A stretch of DNA of 64,000 nt, taken from positions 10,200-74,199 of the forward strand of contig MFGN01000005.1 in the NCBI GenBank assembly GCA_001780285.1. Direction: 5' to 3'. The DNA is from Candidatus Falkowbacteria bacterium RIFOXYD12_FULL_34_57 (GTDB lineage Bacteria; Patescibacteriota; Patescibacteriia; Patescibacteriales; UBA12075). The notes beneath the pieces are model-generated. The model saw only the letters and a program-made list of their open reading frames with translations, did not search any database and had not been told where the DNA came from. Positions 20,401 through 27,503 of the stretch are shown here, one piece after another (position 1 is the stretch's first letter; each line of letters begins with the position of its first letter). The position numbers were made by a program, and so were the translations under genes.

Positions 20401-23400
20401 CCATTTATTCATCATGGTTCCAACACAATATTGTCGACGGTAACATATTCTTGAATAATGGCAAGGGTGATGGTACTGCCGGCGGACTTCGTATGCCTGG
20501 TGGAAATAATAATGTAGTATCCAATAATATTTTTAGTGATGATGGCGGTACCGCTCCAGCTATTTATATTGCCGCCTCTTCAGAGGGAAATATTTTGTCA
20601 GGTAATAGATATTTAGGCACCACTAATTTTATAACTGACAATAGTGCAAGTACCAGATATCTTGATTCGAACCGTCTAGCTATTAAAACCAGTAAACAAG
20701 AATCCTTTGACATTCTTAATGTTACCGCTTCAACAACCGGTGCCTTGGTTAGTCTCACTCAACAAAGTACTGGTGACATCATGAATATTTTTGATGGTTC
20801 AACCGAAGTATTCACTATTCTGGACGGCGGGAATGTCGGCATCGGCTCATCTACCCCAAACAGCCTGCTTTCAATTGGCGATAATATTAATATCAATGCC
20901 TCCGGCGTAATTACCGGCGGCACCTGGCAAGGCGCTCCTGTGGGACTTACCTATGGCGGACTCGGAGGCAACTTCAACAGTTCTACCGGCTTCTTCTATG
21001 TATCCGGCGGAGTAGTTGTCGCATCATCCACTATCGCGATTACTTCCACCGATCTGCAGGGCGGCACCGGACTTACATTATCCGGCAATACCATGAATCT
21101 GGACGAGTTTACCATGGGCACGACCGATACCGACGCGACTTTGGGCTCCATCTTCTTTGCCGGAACTGGAGGCGTCATGCAACAAGATAATGCGAAATTT
21201 TTCTGGGATGATACGAATAACCGATTGGGAATCGGCACATCCAGCCCGCAGGCCATGCTTGATATATTCGGTACGAACAACGAGCTTCGATTGTCATACG
21301 ACATGGATACCTATGTCAGCTTGTCCGCTAACTTCAGCGGAAACATCCAGATCAGCGGTTCTAATACCGGCGGTTCGCAGGTGGTTATCGGTTCGGGTCT
21401 GGCCGAGGATACTTCTTTGATTTATGACGGCAATGCTTATGATTATTATCTGGGACTGGATGATACGGATGACATTTTTAAACTTGGACTTGGCCAGACT
21501 GTCGGCACCAATGCTTATCTGGCTATGGATATTAACGGAAATATCGGCATCGGCTCCACCACTCCCTCCAAATTATTATCAATTTACAAGGATTCGCCGG
21601 CCGCCAACCAGGTCTTATTGCAGGTTGGCACCAGCGACGACAATAACAGGTTCTCGGTCGATGAGGACGGGGATGTAAGTCTGGACGGCACTTTAACCGC
21701 TTCCAATATCTCTACTACCACTATTCCGAGTTTGACCATTTCCGGCGGAGGAGCCTTCCCGAGCGCGCCGAATGAAGGCCAGGTTTTTTACAGAACGGAT
21801 CAGGACCAGGTTTATGTCTATACCGGATCAAAATGGCAGGCGGACAGGACTACGGCTTCCAAGATAGTGGCGGCCAATGATTCGCCGAACAAGGAAAAGG
21901 CCGACTATGTCTGCGACGGCACGCATGACGAAGCCGAGATCAATCAGGCTATTGCCGCTGCTTATAACAGCGGAACCGGAGGATTGGTTTATTTGATGGA
22001 GGGTACTTATAATGTCGGTACTTCAACTTATGCGACTTATGCGATTCGCATGGCAACCAGCACTACTTTGATGGGCGCCGGAGATGCGACTGTGATTAAA
22101 CTGCAGAGTAATTTTAACTATGACATTCAAATTATCAGGGGAGATATTTTGCAAAGTAATTTTGTGGTTACTAAATTGGCAATTGACGGCAATAGCGCCA
22201 ATCAAAGCGCTTCAAAAAATCATTACGCTGTTTATTTTGACAATGTTTCCACATCCACTCTGGATAATCTTTATATTCATAACATAAAAGGATTAGCTGT
22301 AGGTTTTGAGAATTATTCGCAATATAATAAATTGCAATATTCCAGGATAGCAGCAATAATTGACGGTTTAACAACTGGTAAAGGTGTTAATTTTCAAACA
22401 GGATCTAATGATAATGAAGTTATAAATAATATTATGGACGGTATTTCTGATACGGGCTTATATATTTATTCTCAAAAAAACAGAATAGTTTCGAATGTTA
22501 TTAGAAATGCATCTTTTTATGGTATATCTCTTGGAATGGGCGGTGAATATAACTATATCGCCTCAAACGATATCCATAATTCCTTAATAGCAATCAGCAT
22601 TAATGGCGATAATTCTTATATATCTCAAAACATTATTTCCTCCAGTTCCCTTGGCATTGATTGTACGGGAGCAAATTGTGAAAATATCAAAGTAACAGAT
22701 AATAATCTTTATGGCAATATAGACGCTATAAGTATTACCGGTTTTTTCCAATCTGTTTTCAGCAATAATAACATATTCAATAATGCGCAATACGGCATTT
22801 ATTCTGACGGAGGGATGGCTCGATATAATATGATTAACGGGAATATTTTCAAAGAAAATGGCGGTGATGGCTCGTATTCCGCCATGTATCTTAACGGCAT
22901 GTCTGATAATATTATTTCCAATAATATATTTTCAGACATAAGCGGCACCGGCGACGCCATTGAGATAATCAGCGGTTCGGATAACAATACTTTTATCGGT
23001 AATAATTACCAGGATCATGCAGGCAAAGTCAGCGACGCCGGTACGGGAAATAAATTTATCGAAAATAATCGTTTGACTGTTGATGCCAATGACACAGATT
23101 ACGGCGGAGCTGTAACCGCTTTGACAGTCACCCAGTCCGGCACCGGAGATTTGTTGAATGTTTTTGACGGCGCTAGCGAAGTATTCACCATTCTGGACGG
23201 CGGGAATGTCGGCATAGGTTCATCCAGCCCGATGTATGATTTAACCGTTGGCAATATCTTGTGGGCAGGTAATAATGGCGGAGGCGGCAATAATAAGGTA
23301 AGAATAAACGATCCGTTTAATTATATCGGCATGAATAACGGCAACGCTACATTCGGGATAATCGGCAATAACGGGGGGGGAGTCCCGATTGTGGACATCC

Positions 23401-26400
23401 GCGCTTATCAAGGTGCGACTCCCCAAAGCGTATTTTATATCAATAGCGATGGTAATATAATGATGGGCACCAGCACTTTAGGCACAGGAATGAATATTGC
23501 CTTGGGAAAGAATATTGGTATCACCGGCGTAGACAGATATTTGAATTTTGTCCCGAATGTTTCAGGATTTACCGATGCAACATCTTCTTACGGCTTCCGC
23601 GATTACGGCGGCAATATGCAGGTCAAGAGCTCCGGCGGGCAATGGGTCAATATCCAGGGCGCGTTTACGGCTGGTACGGGCCTGACTTTGACTGGCAGCA
23701 GTTTGAACTTGGATGAGTTCACCATGGGCACGACCGATACCGACGCGACTTTGGGCTCCATTTTCTTTGCCGGAACTGGAGGCGCGATGCAGCAGGACAA
23801 CGCCAATCTGTTCTGGGATGATACGAATAACCGATTGGGCATCGGCACCACCACTCCGGCAACCGCCCTGACTATTCTTTCAACCGGTTCGCAGCTCAGG
23901 CTTGCTTATGACGCCAGCAATTATGTTGATTTTACAGTCGATGCTAACGGAGCCTTAACCCTGGGCTCGGCCACCACCACCATCGGCACCGGAAATGACG
24001 CTTTATTTATTGATGCTAACGGCAATGTGGGAATCGGCACCTCTACACCAATTGAACAGCTTGAATTAACCGGTAATTTAAGGTTGCAAAATACAGCATC
24101 TACTTCCAATGAATTATCAGGAGTCATTTATCTGGGAGATAAGCCGTTCTTGCACAGATTTGGTACGTATAATGTGTTTGCCGGAGGCGCCGGAAACTTT
24201 ACTTTAACAACAGCGGATTCAAATGCTATATTCGGTTGGGATTCGGGTATTTCCCTGACTACCGGTGATTACAATTCAGTGCTTGGAAATAGCGCGCTCA
24301 GAATGAATACATCGGGAGAGGGCAATGTGGCGGTTGGTATAAATTCACTGAGAGAAAATACTACCGGAGGTAATAATGTGGCTATCGGCAGAGTTGCGCT
24401 TCGAAATAATACCACAGGTTCTTCAAATATTGTTCTTGGATACGAAGCGCTTTACAATAGCGCTACCGGTTCAAGCAATGTAATTATCGGACATTCGGCA
24501 GGTTATAGAAATACTAACGCCGACCAAAACACCATAGTAGGTTATCAGGCCGGATATGGCGTTGCCGGGACTTCTAATGATAATAATACTTTATTCGGTT
24601 ATAGATCCGGTTATGGTCTTTCCACCGGATCAAATAATTTATTATTGGGATATGGTGCCGGAGATAATATTACTACCGGAAGCAATAATATTATTATCGG
24701 CTATGATATTAATGCGCCTCAAGCCGCAGGGTCAAGCCAGCTGGATATCGGAGATTTGATATACGGCAACTTGAGCTCAAAATATTTAGGCATCGGCACG
24801 TCTTCGCCGCTAACAACATTAACAGTACAAGGAACAGCCGGCGCTCCTATTATGAACATCGCCTCGTCTACCGGTGAGTCGCTTTTCTACATCGCAAAAA
24901 ACGGAAATATCGGCTTGGGCGATATCAGTCCGGATTATCAATTTACTATTTTTAATGACAATACCAATGATTATCTGGCTTATATCTACAACGCTTCTTC
25001 TACCGCCAGTTCAGGAGGAGGCTTGGATATCCGCGTGGACGGAGACGGCAATATATTGAATCTGAACCACAACGGCACCGATGTTGTAACCATATCCGGA
25101 GCCAATACCATCTTCAATAATCCTGTAACATTCGGTTCGGCCGGCGATGTGAGCGTCGCTTATGACCTGCTCATGACCAATGATACGGCCGGCAATATCC
25201 TCTTTGACGGCCCGGGATATATCCGCACTGATTCATCTTGGGAAAATCTAAGCTTAACCTTATCGGCTGCCAACCTCGGGGATGTGGTTGTGGATGATGC
25301 CATGATAATTACCGGCACTACCACCATTGACGATGTTTTATATGTAAATACTTTTGATAACGCAGTAGGCATCGGCACCTCCAGTCCGAATGCCATGCTG
25401 GCGATATATGATAGCGCCGCCGGCGTTACCGATAATGTCTTCACTGTCGCTACCGGCACCGGCGGATCAATATTCCGAGTCAATGGCTCGGGCCAGGTTT
25501 ATGCCGACGGCAGCTTCAACGGCGGCGGCGCCGACTATGCCGAGTATTTCTATGCATCCGACAAGGATTTGAAATCCGGAGAAGTGGTTTGCATAGATGT
25601 AACCCGTGAAAATACAGTAAAAAGATGCGACAGAGGTTCGGACAGCAATGTGATGGGAATAGTTTCTACCGATCCTTCTATCGTAGGAAATGCACAAGAA
25701 AGCTATATAAACAATGAAAATTATAAGATTATCGGCATGCTCGGGCAGGTTCCGGCCTGCGTCAGCGCCGAGAACGGCGATATCCGACCCGGAGACTCCC
25801 TGACTTCTGCTGAAAACAATAAAGGATGCGTAATGCGCGCCGAAGCCGGAGATCCGACTGTAGGTGTAGCGCTGGAAGCATTCGCTTCAGAAGATACAAG
25901 CAACAAGATACAAGATACAAACAATAATCAAGCAACAAGCACTAATGACCAAATAAACGTAAATGTAGCAAAAGGTGAAATTAAAGTATTGATTTCCCGC
26001 CGCAATAAATCCTTAACCGTAGAAATGGTGGAATCTGCCATTACTGAGCGTATTGCCAATATGGAGATTGAAGATGAAGTGGCTATCATGCTTGAAAATG
26101 CCATTGAGGATTACAATATCGCTTCAGCCACCAGGGCGGTGGTAGATGAGCAGATTGCGATGCTTGATTCTGTTTTAAGCGTAGAAATGAACAATATTAC
26201 AGGAGAGCTGACAATGATGGCGACAGCTATCGATGATTTGAGCTCGAGAGTAAGCATTATAGAAGGCGATATAGATTCGATTCTCGATTCTCAATCTTCG
26301 ATTTTCAGTAAATTATCGATAATCAATGATCAATTATCAAATATCGGTTCCAGTTCCCATGAAGTACAGCCATTCATGGTAACCGCCGACGGAAACATAA

Positions 26401-27470
26401 AATTAAGGCCTATCTCCGTTGTCATTCCGGATTTCGATTCAGAATCCATGAGCAATGAAGCTGAAAATGCTTCATCTACAGAAGAAAGCGAAACCGCAGA
26501 AGAGCCTGATGTAGCCGTGTTTGACATTGAGACTCTGGAAAATACCGAAATAACAGCATTGGTAGTAAATCAGAAAGGCTCCGGAGACGTGGCTGATTTC
26601 CAGGCTGACGGAGTGTCTATCGTAAATATTGCCGAAACCGGAAAAGTAGCCGTAGTGGGCGAGATGAGCATAGACGGCCGGCTGATGGTCTGTTCCGGTT
26701 CCGGCTGCGGCAGCGCTTTGGATATGGCGGTTGATGAGACCATGGGCGATATGGGAGTGGAAGGCACGGTTGTGGCCGGAGCTTTTGCCGGATATTGCGA
26801 AAACGGATATGTCTGGGTTCCCGGTTCGTCCAAATACGGCACTATGCCTGGTTTCTGCGTGGGCGCTTATGAAGCGCAAATTCCAAATTCCGAATTCCAA
26901 ATTCCGAATTCTAATCCCCATACTTACATTACTCAAGGCGAAGCTTCTTTGGTCTGCCAGGCAGAAGGCGAGGGGTATCATTTAATCAGTGAAAATGAAT
27001 GGCTGACCATTGCTGAAAATATTATCAGAAACAATGAAAATGACATAGATGCCGCAGCCGAAGGATTGCAATTATCTACTTTTGTCATGGCGGGCGACAG
27101 CGAAGCAATTTCGTCGTCAACCGATAATAGCATCGTATTCACTCTGGAAAACGGCAGTCAGATTTATGATTTCGCGGGCGGCGCAGCAGAATGGACGGAT
27201 TATACCATGCCGAGCGCGACATTAATGCAGCCGGCATCGGATGACTGGCAGGAATATTTCGAGATTAACAATTATCAAGGACTCAATATCAATCCTCCGT
27301 ATTATTATACTTCCGAAAACGGCATCGGCCGCATCAAGACCGGCATGGCCAGCTCTACCGACAGCTATCTCAGGGGATTTGTCCGCGGCGCCAATGCCCT
27401 CTATGACCTGGATTTGTCCCATAGCCCGATAGAAGCAGCCGGCAATATCGGTTTCCGCTGCGCGAAGTAA
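11484..27470 (+). CDS. Giant modular surface protein (5328 aa)
   Basis: Single uninterrupted 15,987-nt ORF with an N-terminal signal/TM. Modules in order: four CxxGYYDCxGDxxCE-type Cys repeats; GIGT(S/T)SP fibre repeats; two runs of LVIVD-type repeats (L-x-[IV]-x-D-[IV]-S-x-P); two PbH1-type beta-helix regions; NxxxGxxAL head-like repeats; GGADYAEYF...GIVSTDPSIVGN, resembling the phage tail-spike intramolecular-chaperone/peptidase G2 region; a coiled coil; and a C-terminal FGE/C-type-lectin-like domain ending NIGFRCAK. Confidence 0.85.
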   Translation: MKDKQKKSLKMKRIWWTIKFVLPMFLLTLVFFSINGEKAISAPARWEDDFNDCPQQDLTNFPGQNCLAGQGICGVDTTGVDLAQCYSKASMNYPTASTTSSTVYASGEDGGYVVNCYVDMDATAPYCDNSGTWWCNRDATCNAQNRETECIGGGTAFSCEDCYSGYYDCTGDATCEIRSGVTACPDAHGTYNTTCGCNCSAYWYNCDGDATTCEWGGTNVDNENYRFTSACATSSFECLPGYDDCNADLNEANINADTTDGCEIDEWDTNFGAAGLNNRYNDSCTVICDANYYDCDGFGATTTNGCEVQNAASCTVGQLSGTWDGPNCNCVVPTSYFETGVMAEFATTSPLLWGYQYGTGPLMQFTSWGASSTGGIFYVGNDGKVGIGTSSPGSMLTVGMDSGNQFLVNSTGVVTAGTWNGSIIDVAYGGTGTSTFEANSLLFASSDNNISEVLIGLEGYSLAVVGGKPTWVASSTGAAHPLLSVSHADTSEEAVLRGALIVGRQNASLEWARLTLGSNGYILYSDGTDAIWQSFENLWDINMLATTSMPHITDLGGLATVGTITSGIWNGSTIDVAHGGTGLTSVSGGYLLVGNSASALQATSSIFVADSGFVGIGTTTPQYNTVIIGTTSVDTICLGGSCIADWGQSGAIDGSGSTNYVTYWQDGNTLTSEAQLANTRGGTGQNSSGWTGIAAINGGTWSASTSIQNVYIADDLTVTGGVIGSNNISGTLTTTNTLTIGDDGDNIIISASNWDVNASGQITAGTDETINGIDISGGVISDVTGLTVNGNIIVSGFVDGVDISAASSTWDAKQDAITGAATTVLTSDLTADRALISNGSGKIAVSGTISSTELGYLDNVSSSIQTQLNSKWDELSDMALTQGYIFVGDSNDDPKATSSIFITSIGNVGIGSTSPMYDFVVVGTSSADTICLDGSCISNWGESGAISGSGNTGYAAYWSNATTLAGEQYLATSRGGTNQNSSGWNGVVNVVGGTWSTITGTANNITYWSDANTIKATTSIYLADSSFVGIGTSSPINQLDVRGNLGVLNQNELRFYEQEGSGHNYVAFKASTTLGSNFTWILPTTAGADGEALMMGSNNKLEWGTPVGAGTNESSTAGYITYYKTGGTTVSGTSTIFIAPNGYVGIGSGTPNNLLSIGDNININAAGTITGGTWQGAPVGLTYGGLGGNFNSSTGYLYVAGGTTIATSTIYIGNTDLNAGTGLTLSGNTINLDEFTMGTTDTDATLGSIFFAGTGGAMQQDNANLFWDDTNNRLGIGSSSPQQTLTIQGVVGQGILNIASSTGESIFFVNEYDNIGIGTISPSEKLVLNNGNFLQTEGTPIKLGGVNLGDDGRGLWIKDNYAYVVSANYLSVVDITNPSHPIFIASTTIGTGVSAYGIRISGTYAYVVGGSASDDDVHIFDISDPYNPSDVGGIELGATNVGGIYISGKYLYLGSLKTGGFEIYDISDPLNAVRLGGTSVTANDAIKSIWVVNNKAYVVSNSNSYNLEVFNVSDPTNPTLLDGLNTSSGNGADIYVSGRYAYFGTESTGNDFHIIDISSSTNMTVVSELNTTGSIRGIWVAGNYAYTSLSTGGNKVEIFDIASSTNPSSIGSLATADYAWDIVVNGKYAYVVSGPIGDDLEIFDITGISAPAANIGNIATNYINVSENAYIDNNLYIGNGLNVGVGGIKSDGSFSAYGDGYFGGNLTVGTTTFGAMLTVGATSSSQFLVDSNGRITDGTWQGDAVGLTYGGLGGNFNSATGFFYVSGGVVVASSTIYIGNTDLNAGTGLTLSGNTINLDEFTMGTTDTDATLGSIFFAGTGGAMQQDNANLFWDDTNNRLGIGTTTPFYTLTVEGTVGNGILNIASSSGNSYVQIDKNGLTTFTGGVINPRRVGYIQSSNIDNANGIYVVKDYAYVSGKSGISIFNVASSSNPIFIASTSQTWSTISSPRKPVVVGNYAYLPSDGVTTGAVSIFEVSNPAAPMLVGRYPDYVTGATSMIAGAKGIAISGKYLYVVAAGRDTFAALDISDPSDPKMISEYRTNIGDPQNVIVDGSHAYIANCNANALTIMDISDPFNLVRDAHLVDATRLDCLNGIDKKGNYIYGSVWDTGRFTVIDVSNPKNPYIATSTTGPTGTEFTNGNDVVVEGDYAYVIASNKIVIMNIKDPINPRYITEIGIVSAEIFLSGRYLYAVSGSDDSLSIYDIGALEVSNMYAGTINVDTLHVASDAIINTDLYVMGGLNLGENGLLSQGDSAFIKLATSSDTNSPVLSANIIDLNSSSISNIFKITHMSNSVAENGIGSGLLFESEFINAHGTATSSATSTAQIASLLIDASYASPASALTFSTKNNSSNLTEWMRLNENGYLGIGTTTPDAKLTVWGASNGNNALVNYYNSDASNLFTILENGNVGIGSSTPNSLLSIGDNININASGVITGGTWQGAPVGLTYGGLGGNFNSSTGYLYVAGGTTIATSTIYIGNTDLNAGTGLTLSGNTINLDEFTMGTTDTDATLGSIFFAGTGGAMQQDNANLFWDDTNNRLGIGTSTPAYQFTLFNDDLNDYLAYIYNASSTASLGGGLKIRVDGDGEILNLNHNGSDMVTVTGAQTTFNNPVNFTSIGDVTLAYDLIMANASAGNITFDGPGYINTQSAWQDLDLTLSAANLGYIILDDQTTLTGTSTIADTLYINAYNDRVGIGTSSPMAKFAVTGDAYITGTTTVGSLFIGATEIHPEWDNVIIVDGTTYAQNSTGIQAAINALPAGGGKVFLPAGTYNITATTTIPSNVWIEGAGASSTILRLANNANSTIFINADTTNGNEYIKISNLFIEGNKNNNSFGHGSYFASSSYITIENVTYNDIDNSSLYFINSSNNILKEIRVINSDNYALVFNNSSYNSVLESYFNDNDSYAVFLTNDSIYNLISDSNFIDNSRHIVPLTGDNYYNTVTGNYFTGASNGGFDGDWGYSVITNNRFIENYRWAIYSSWFQHNIVDGNIFLNNGKGDGTAGGLRMPGGNNNVVSNNIFSDDGGTAPAIYIAASSEGNILSGNRYLGTTNFITDNSASTRYLDSNRLAIKTSKQESFDILNVTASTTGALVSLTQQSTGDIMNIFDGSTEVFTILDGGNVGIGSSTPNSLLSIGDNININASGVITGGTWQGAPVGLTYGGLGGNFNSSTGFFYVSGGVVVASSTIAITSTDLQGGTGLTLSGNTMNLDEFTMGTTDTDATLGSIFFAGTGGVMQQDNAKFFWDDTNNRLGIGTSSPQAMLDIFGTNNELRLSYDMDTYVSLSANFSGNIQISGSNTGGSQVVIGSGLAEDTSLIYDGNAYDYYLGLDDTDDIFKLGLGQTVGTNAYLAMDINGNIGIGSTTPSKLLSIYKDSPAANQVLLQVGTSDDNNRFSVDEDGDVSLDGTLTASNISTTTIPSLTISGGGAFPSAPNEGQVFYRTDQDQVYVYTGSKWQADRTTASKIVAANDSPNKEKADYVCDGTHDEAEINQAIAAAYNSGTGGLVYLMEGTYNVGTSTYATYAIRMATSTTLMGAGDATVIKLQSNFNYDIQIIRGDILQSNFVVTKLAIDGNSANQSASKNHYAVYFDNVSTSTLDNLYIHNIKGLAVGFENYSQYNKLQYSRIAAIIDGLTTGKGVNFQTGSNDNEVINNIMDGISDTGLYIYSQKNRIVSNVIRNASFYGISLGMGGEYNYIASNDIHNSLIAISINGDNSYISQNIISSSSLGIDCTGANCENIKVTDNNLYGNIDAISITGFFQSVFSNNNIFNNAQYGIYSDGGMARYNMINGNIFKENGGDGSYSAMYLNGMSDNIISNNIFSDISGTGDAIEIISGSDNNTFIGNNYQDHAGKVSDAGTGNKFIENNRLTVDANDTDYGGAVTALTVTQSGTGDLLNVFDGASEVFTILDGGNVGIGSSSPMYDLTVGNILWAGNNGGGGNNKVRINDPFNYIGMNNGNATFGIIGNNGGGVPIVDIRAYQGATPQSVFYINSDGNIMMGTSTLGTGMNIALGKNIGITGVDRYLNFVPNVSGFTDATSSYGFRDYGGNMQVKSSGGQWVNIQGAFTAGTGLTLTGSSLNLDEFTMGTTDTDATLGSIFFAGTGGAMQQDNANLFWDDTNNRLGIGTTTPATALTILSTGSQLRLAYDASNYVDFTVDANGALTLGSATTTIGTGNDALFIDANGNVGIGTSTPIEQLELTGNLRLQNTASTSNELSGVIYLGDKPFLHRFGTYNVFAGGAGNFTLTTADSNAIFGWDSGISLTTGDYNSVLGNSALRMNTSGEGNVAVGINSLRENTTGGNNVAIGRVALRNNTTGSSNIVLGYEALYNSATGSSNVIIGHSAGYRNTNADQNTIVGYQAGYGVAGTSNDNNTLFGYRSGYGLSTGSNNLLLGYGAGDNITTGSNNIIIGYDINAPQAAGSSQLDIGDLIYGNLSSKYLGIGTSSPLTTLTVQGTAGAPIMNIASSTGESLFYIAKNGNIGLGDISPDYQFTIFNDNTNDYLAYIYNASSTASSGGGLDIRVDGDGNILNLNHNGTDVVTISGANTIFNNPVTFGSAGDVSVAYDLLMTNDTAGNILFDGPGYIRTDSSWENLSLTLSAANLGDVVVDDAMIITGTTTIDDVLYVNTFDNAVGIGTSSPNAMLAIYDSAAGVTDNVFTVATGTGGSIFRVNGSGQVYADGSFNGGGADYAEYFYASDKDLKSGEVVCIDVTRENTVKRCDRGSDSNVMGIVSTDPSIVGNAQESYINNENYKIIGMLGQVPACVSAENGDIRPGDSLTSAENNKGCVMRAEAGDPTVGVALEAFASEDTSNKIQDTNNNQATSTNDQINVNVAKGEIKVLISRRNKSLTVEMVESAITERIANMEIEDEVAIMLENAIEDYNIASATRAVVDEQIAMLDSVLSVEMNNITGELTMMATAIDDLSSRVSIIEGDIDSILDSQSSIFSKLSIINDQLSNIGSSSHEVQPFMVTADGNIKLRPISVVIPDFDSESMSNEAENASSTEESETAEEPDVAVFDIETLENTEITALVVNQKGSGDVADFQADGVSIVNIAETGKVAVVGEMSIDGRLMVCSGSGCGSALDMAVDETMGDMGVEGTVVAGAFAGYCENGYVWVPGSSKYGTMPGFCVGAYEAQIPNSEFQIPNSNPHTYITQGEASLVCQAEGEGYHLISENEWLTIAENIIRNNENDIDAAAEGLQLSTFVMAGDSEAISSSTDNSIVFTLENGSQIYDFAGGAAEWTDYTMPSATLMQPASDDWQEYFEINNYQGLNINPPYYYTSENGIGRIKTGMASSTDSYLRGFVRGANALYDLDLSHSPIEAAGNIGFRCAK
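14988..15313 (+). repeat. Intragenic collar repeat R1 of the giant ORF
   Basis: 14988-15299 equals 18780-19091 (312 nt) with one mismatch. Encodes GGTWQGAPVGLTYGGLGGNFNSSTGYLYVAGG...DEFTMGTTDTDATLGSIFFAGTGGAMQQDNANLFWDDTNNRLGIG. Confidence 0.95.
16801..17011 (+). repeat. Collar repeat R2
   Basis: About 211 nt matching R1 with 4 mismatches by eye. Confidence 0.9.
18702..19091 (+). repeat. Collar repeat R3
   Basis: 3-prime 312 nt match R1. 5-prime 110 nt (18702-18811) match 20832-20941 with 2 mismatches. Confidence 0.95.
20832..21236 (+). repeat. Collar repeat R4 (more diverged in the middle)
   Basis: Shares its 5-prime 110 nt with R3 and its 3-prime part with R1/R2/R5. Confidence 0.85.
23709..23845 (+). 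repeat. Collar repeat R5 (3-prime half only)
   Basis: ttggatgagttcaccatgggcacgaccgataccgacgcgactttgggctcc...gatacgaataaccgattggg is near-identical to the R1/R2 3-prime halves. Confidence 0.9.
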
Positions 27471-27503
27471 GGAAAAAAATTAATTTTATTAAAATTTTAC
27501 CCC

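Noticed and set aside
26790-27470. C-terminal FGE/C-type-lectin-like domain of the 5328-aa protein as a possible third VR
   Set aside because: The fold family is a classic DGR target type, but its 3-prime end (…ggcaatatcggtttccgctgcgcgaagtaa) has no nucleotide similarity to the TR, and no second TR is visible in the window.
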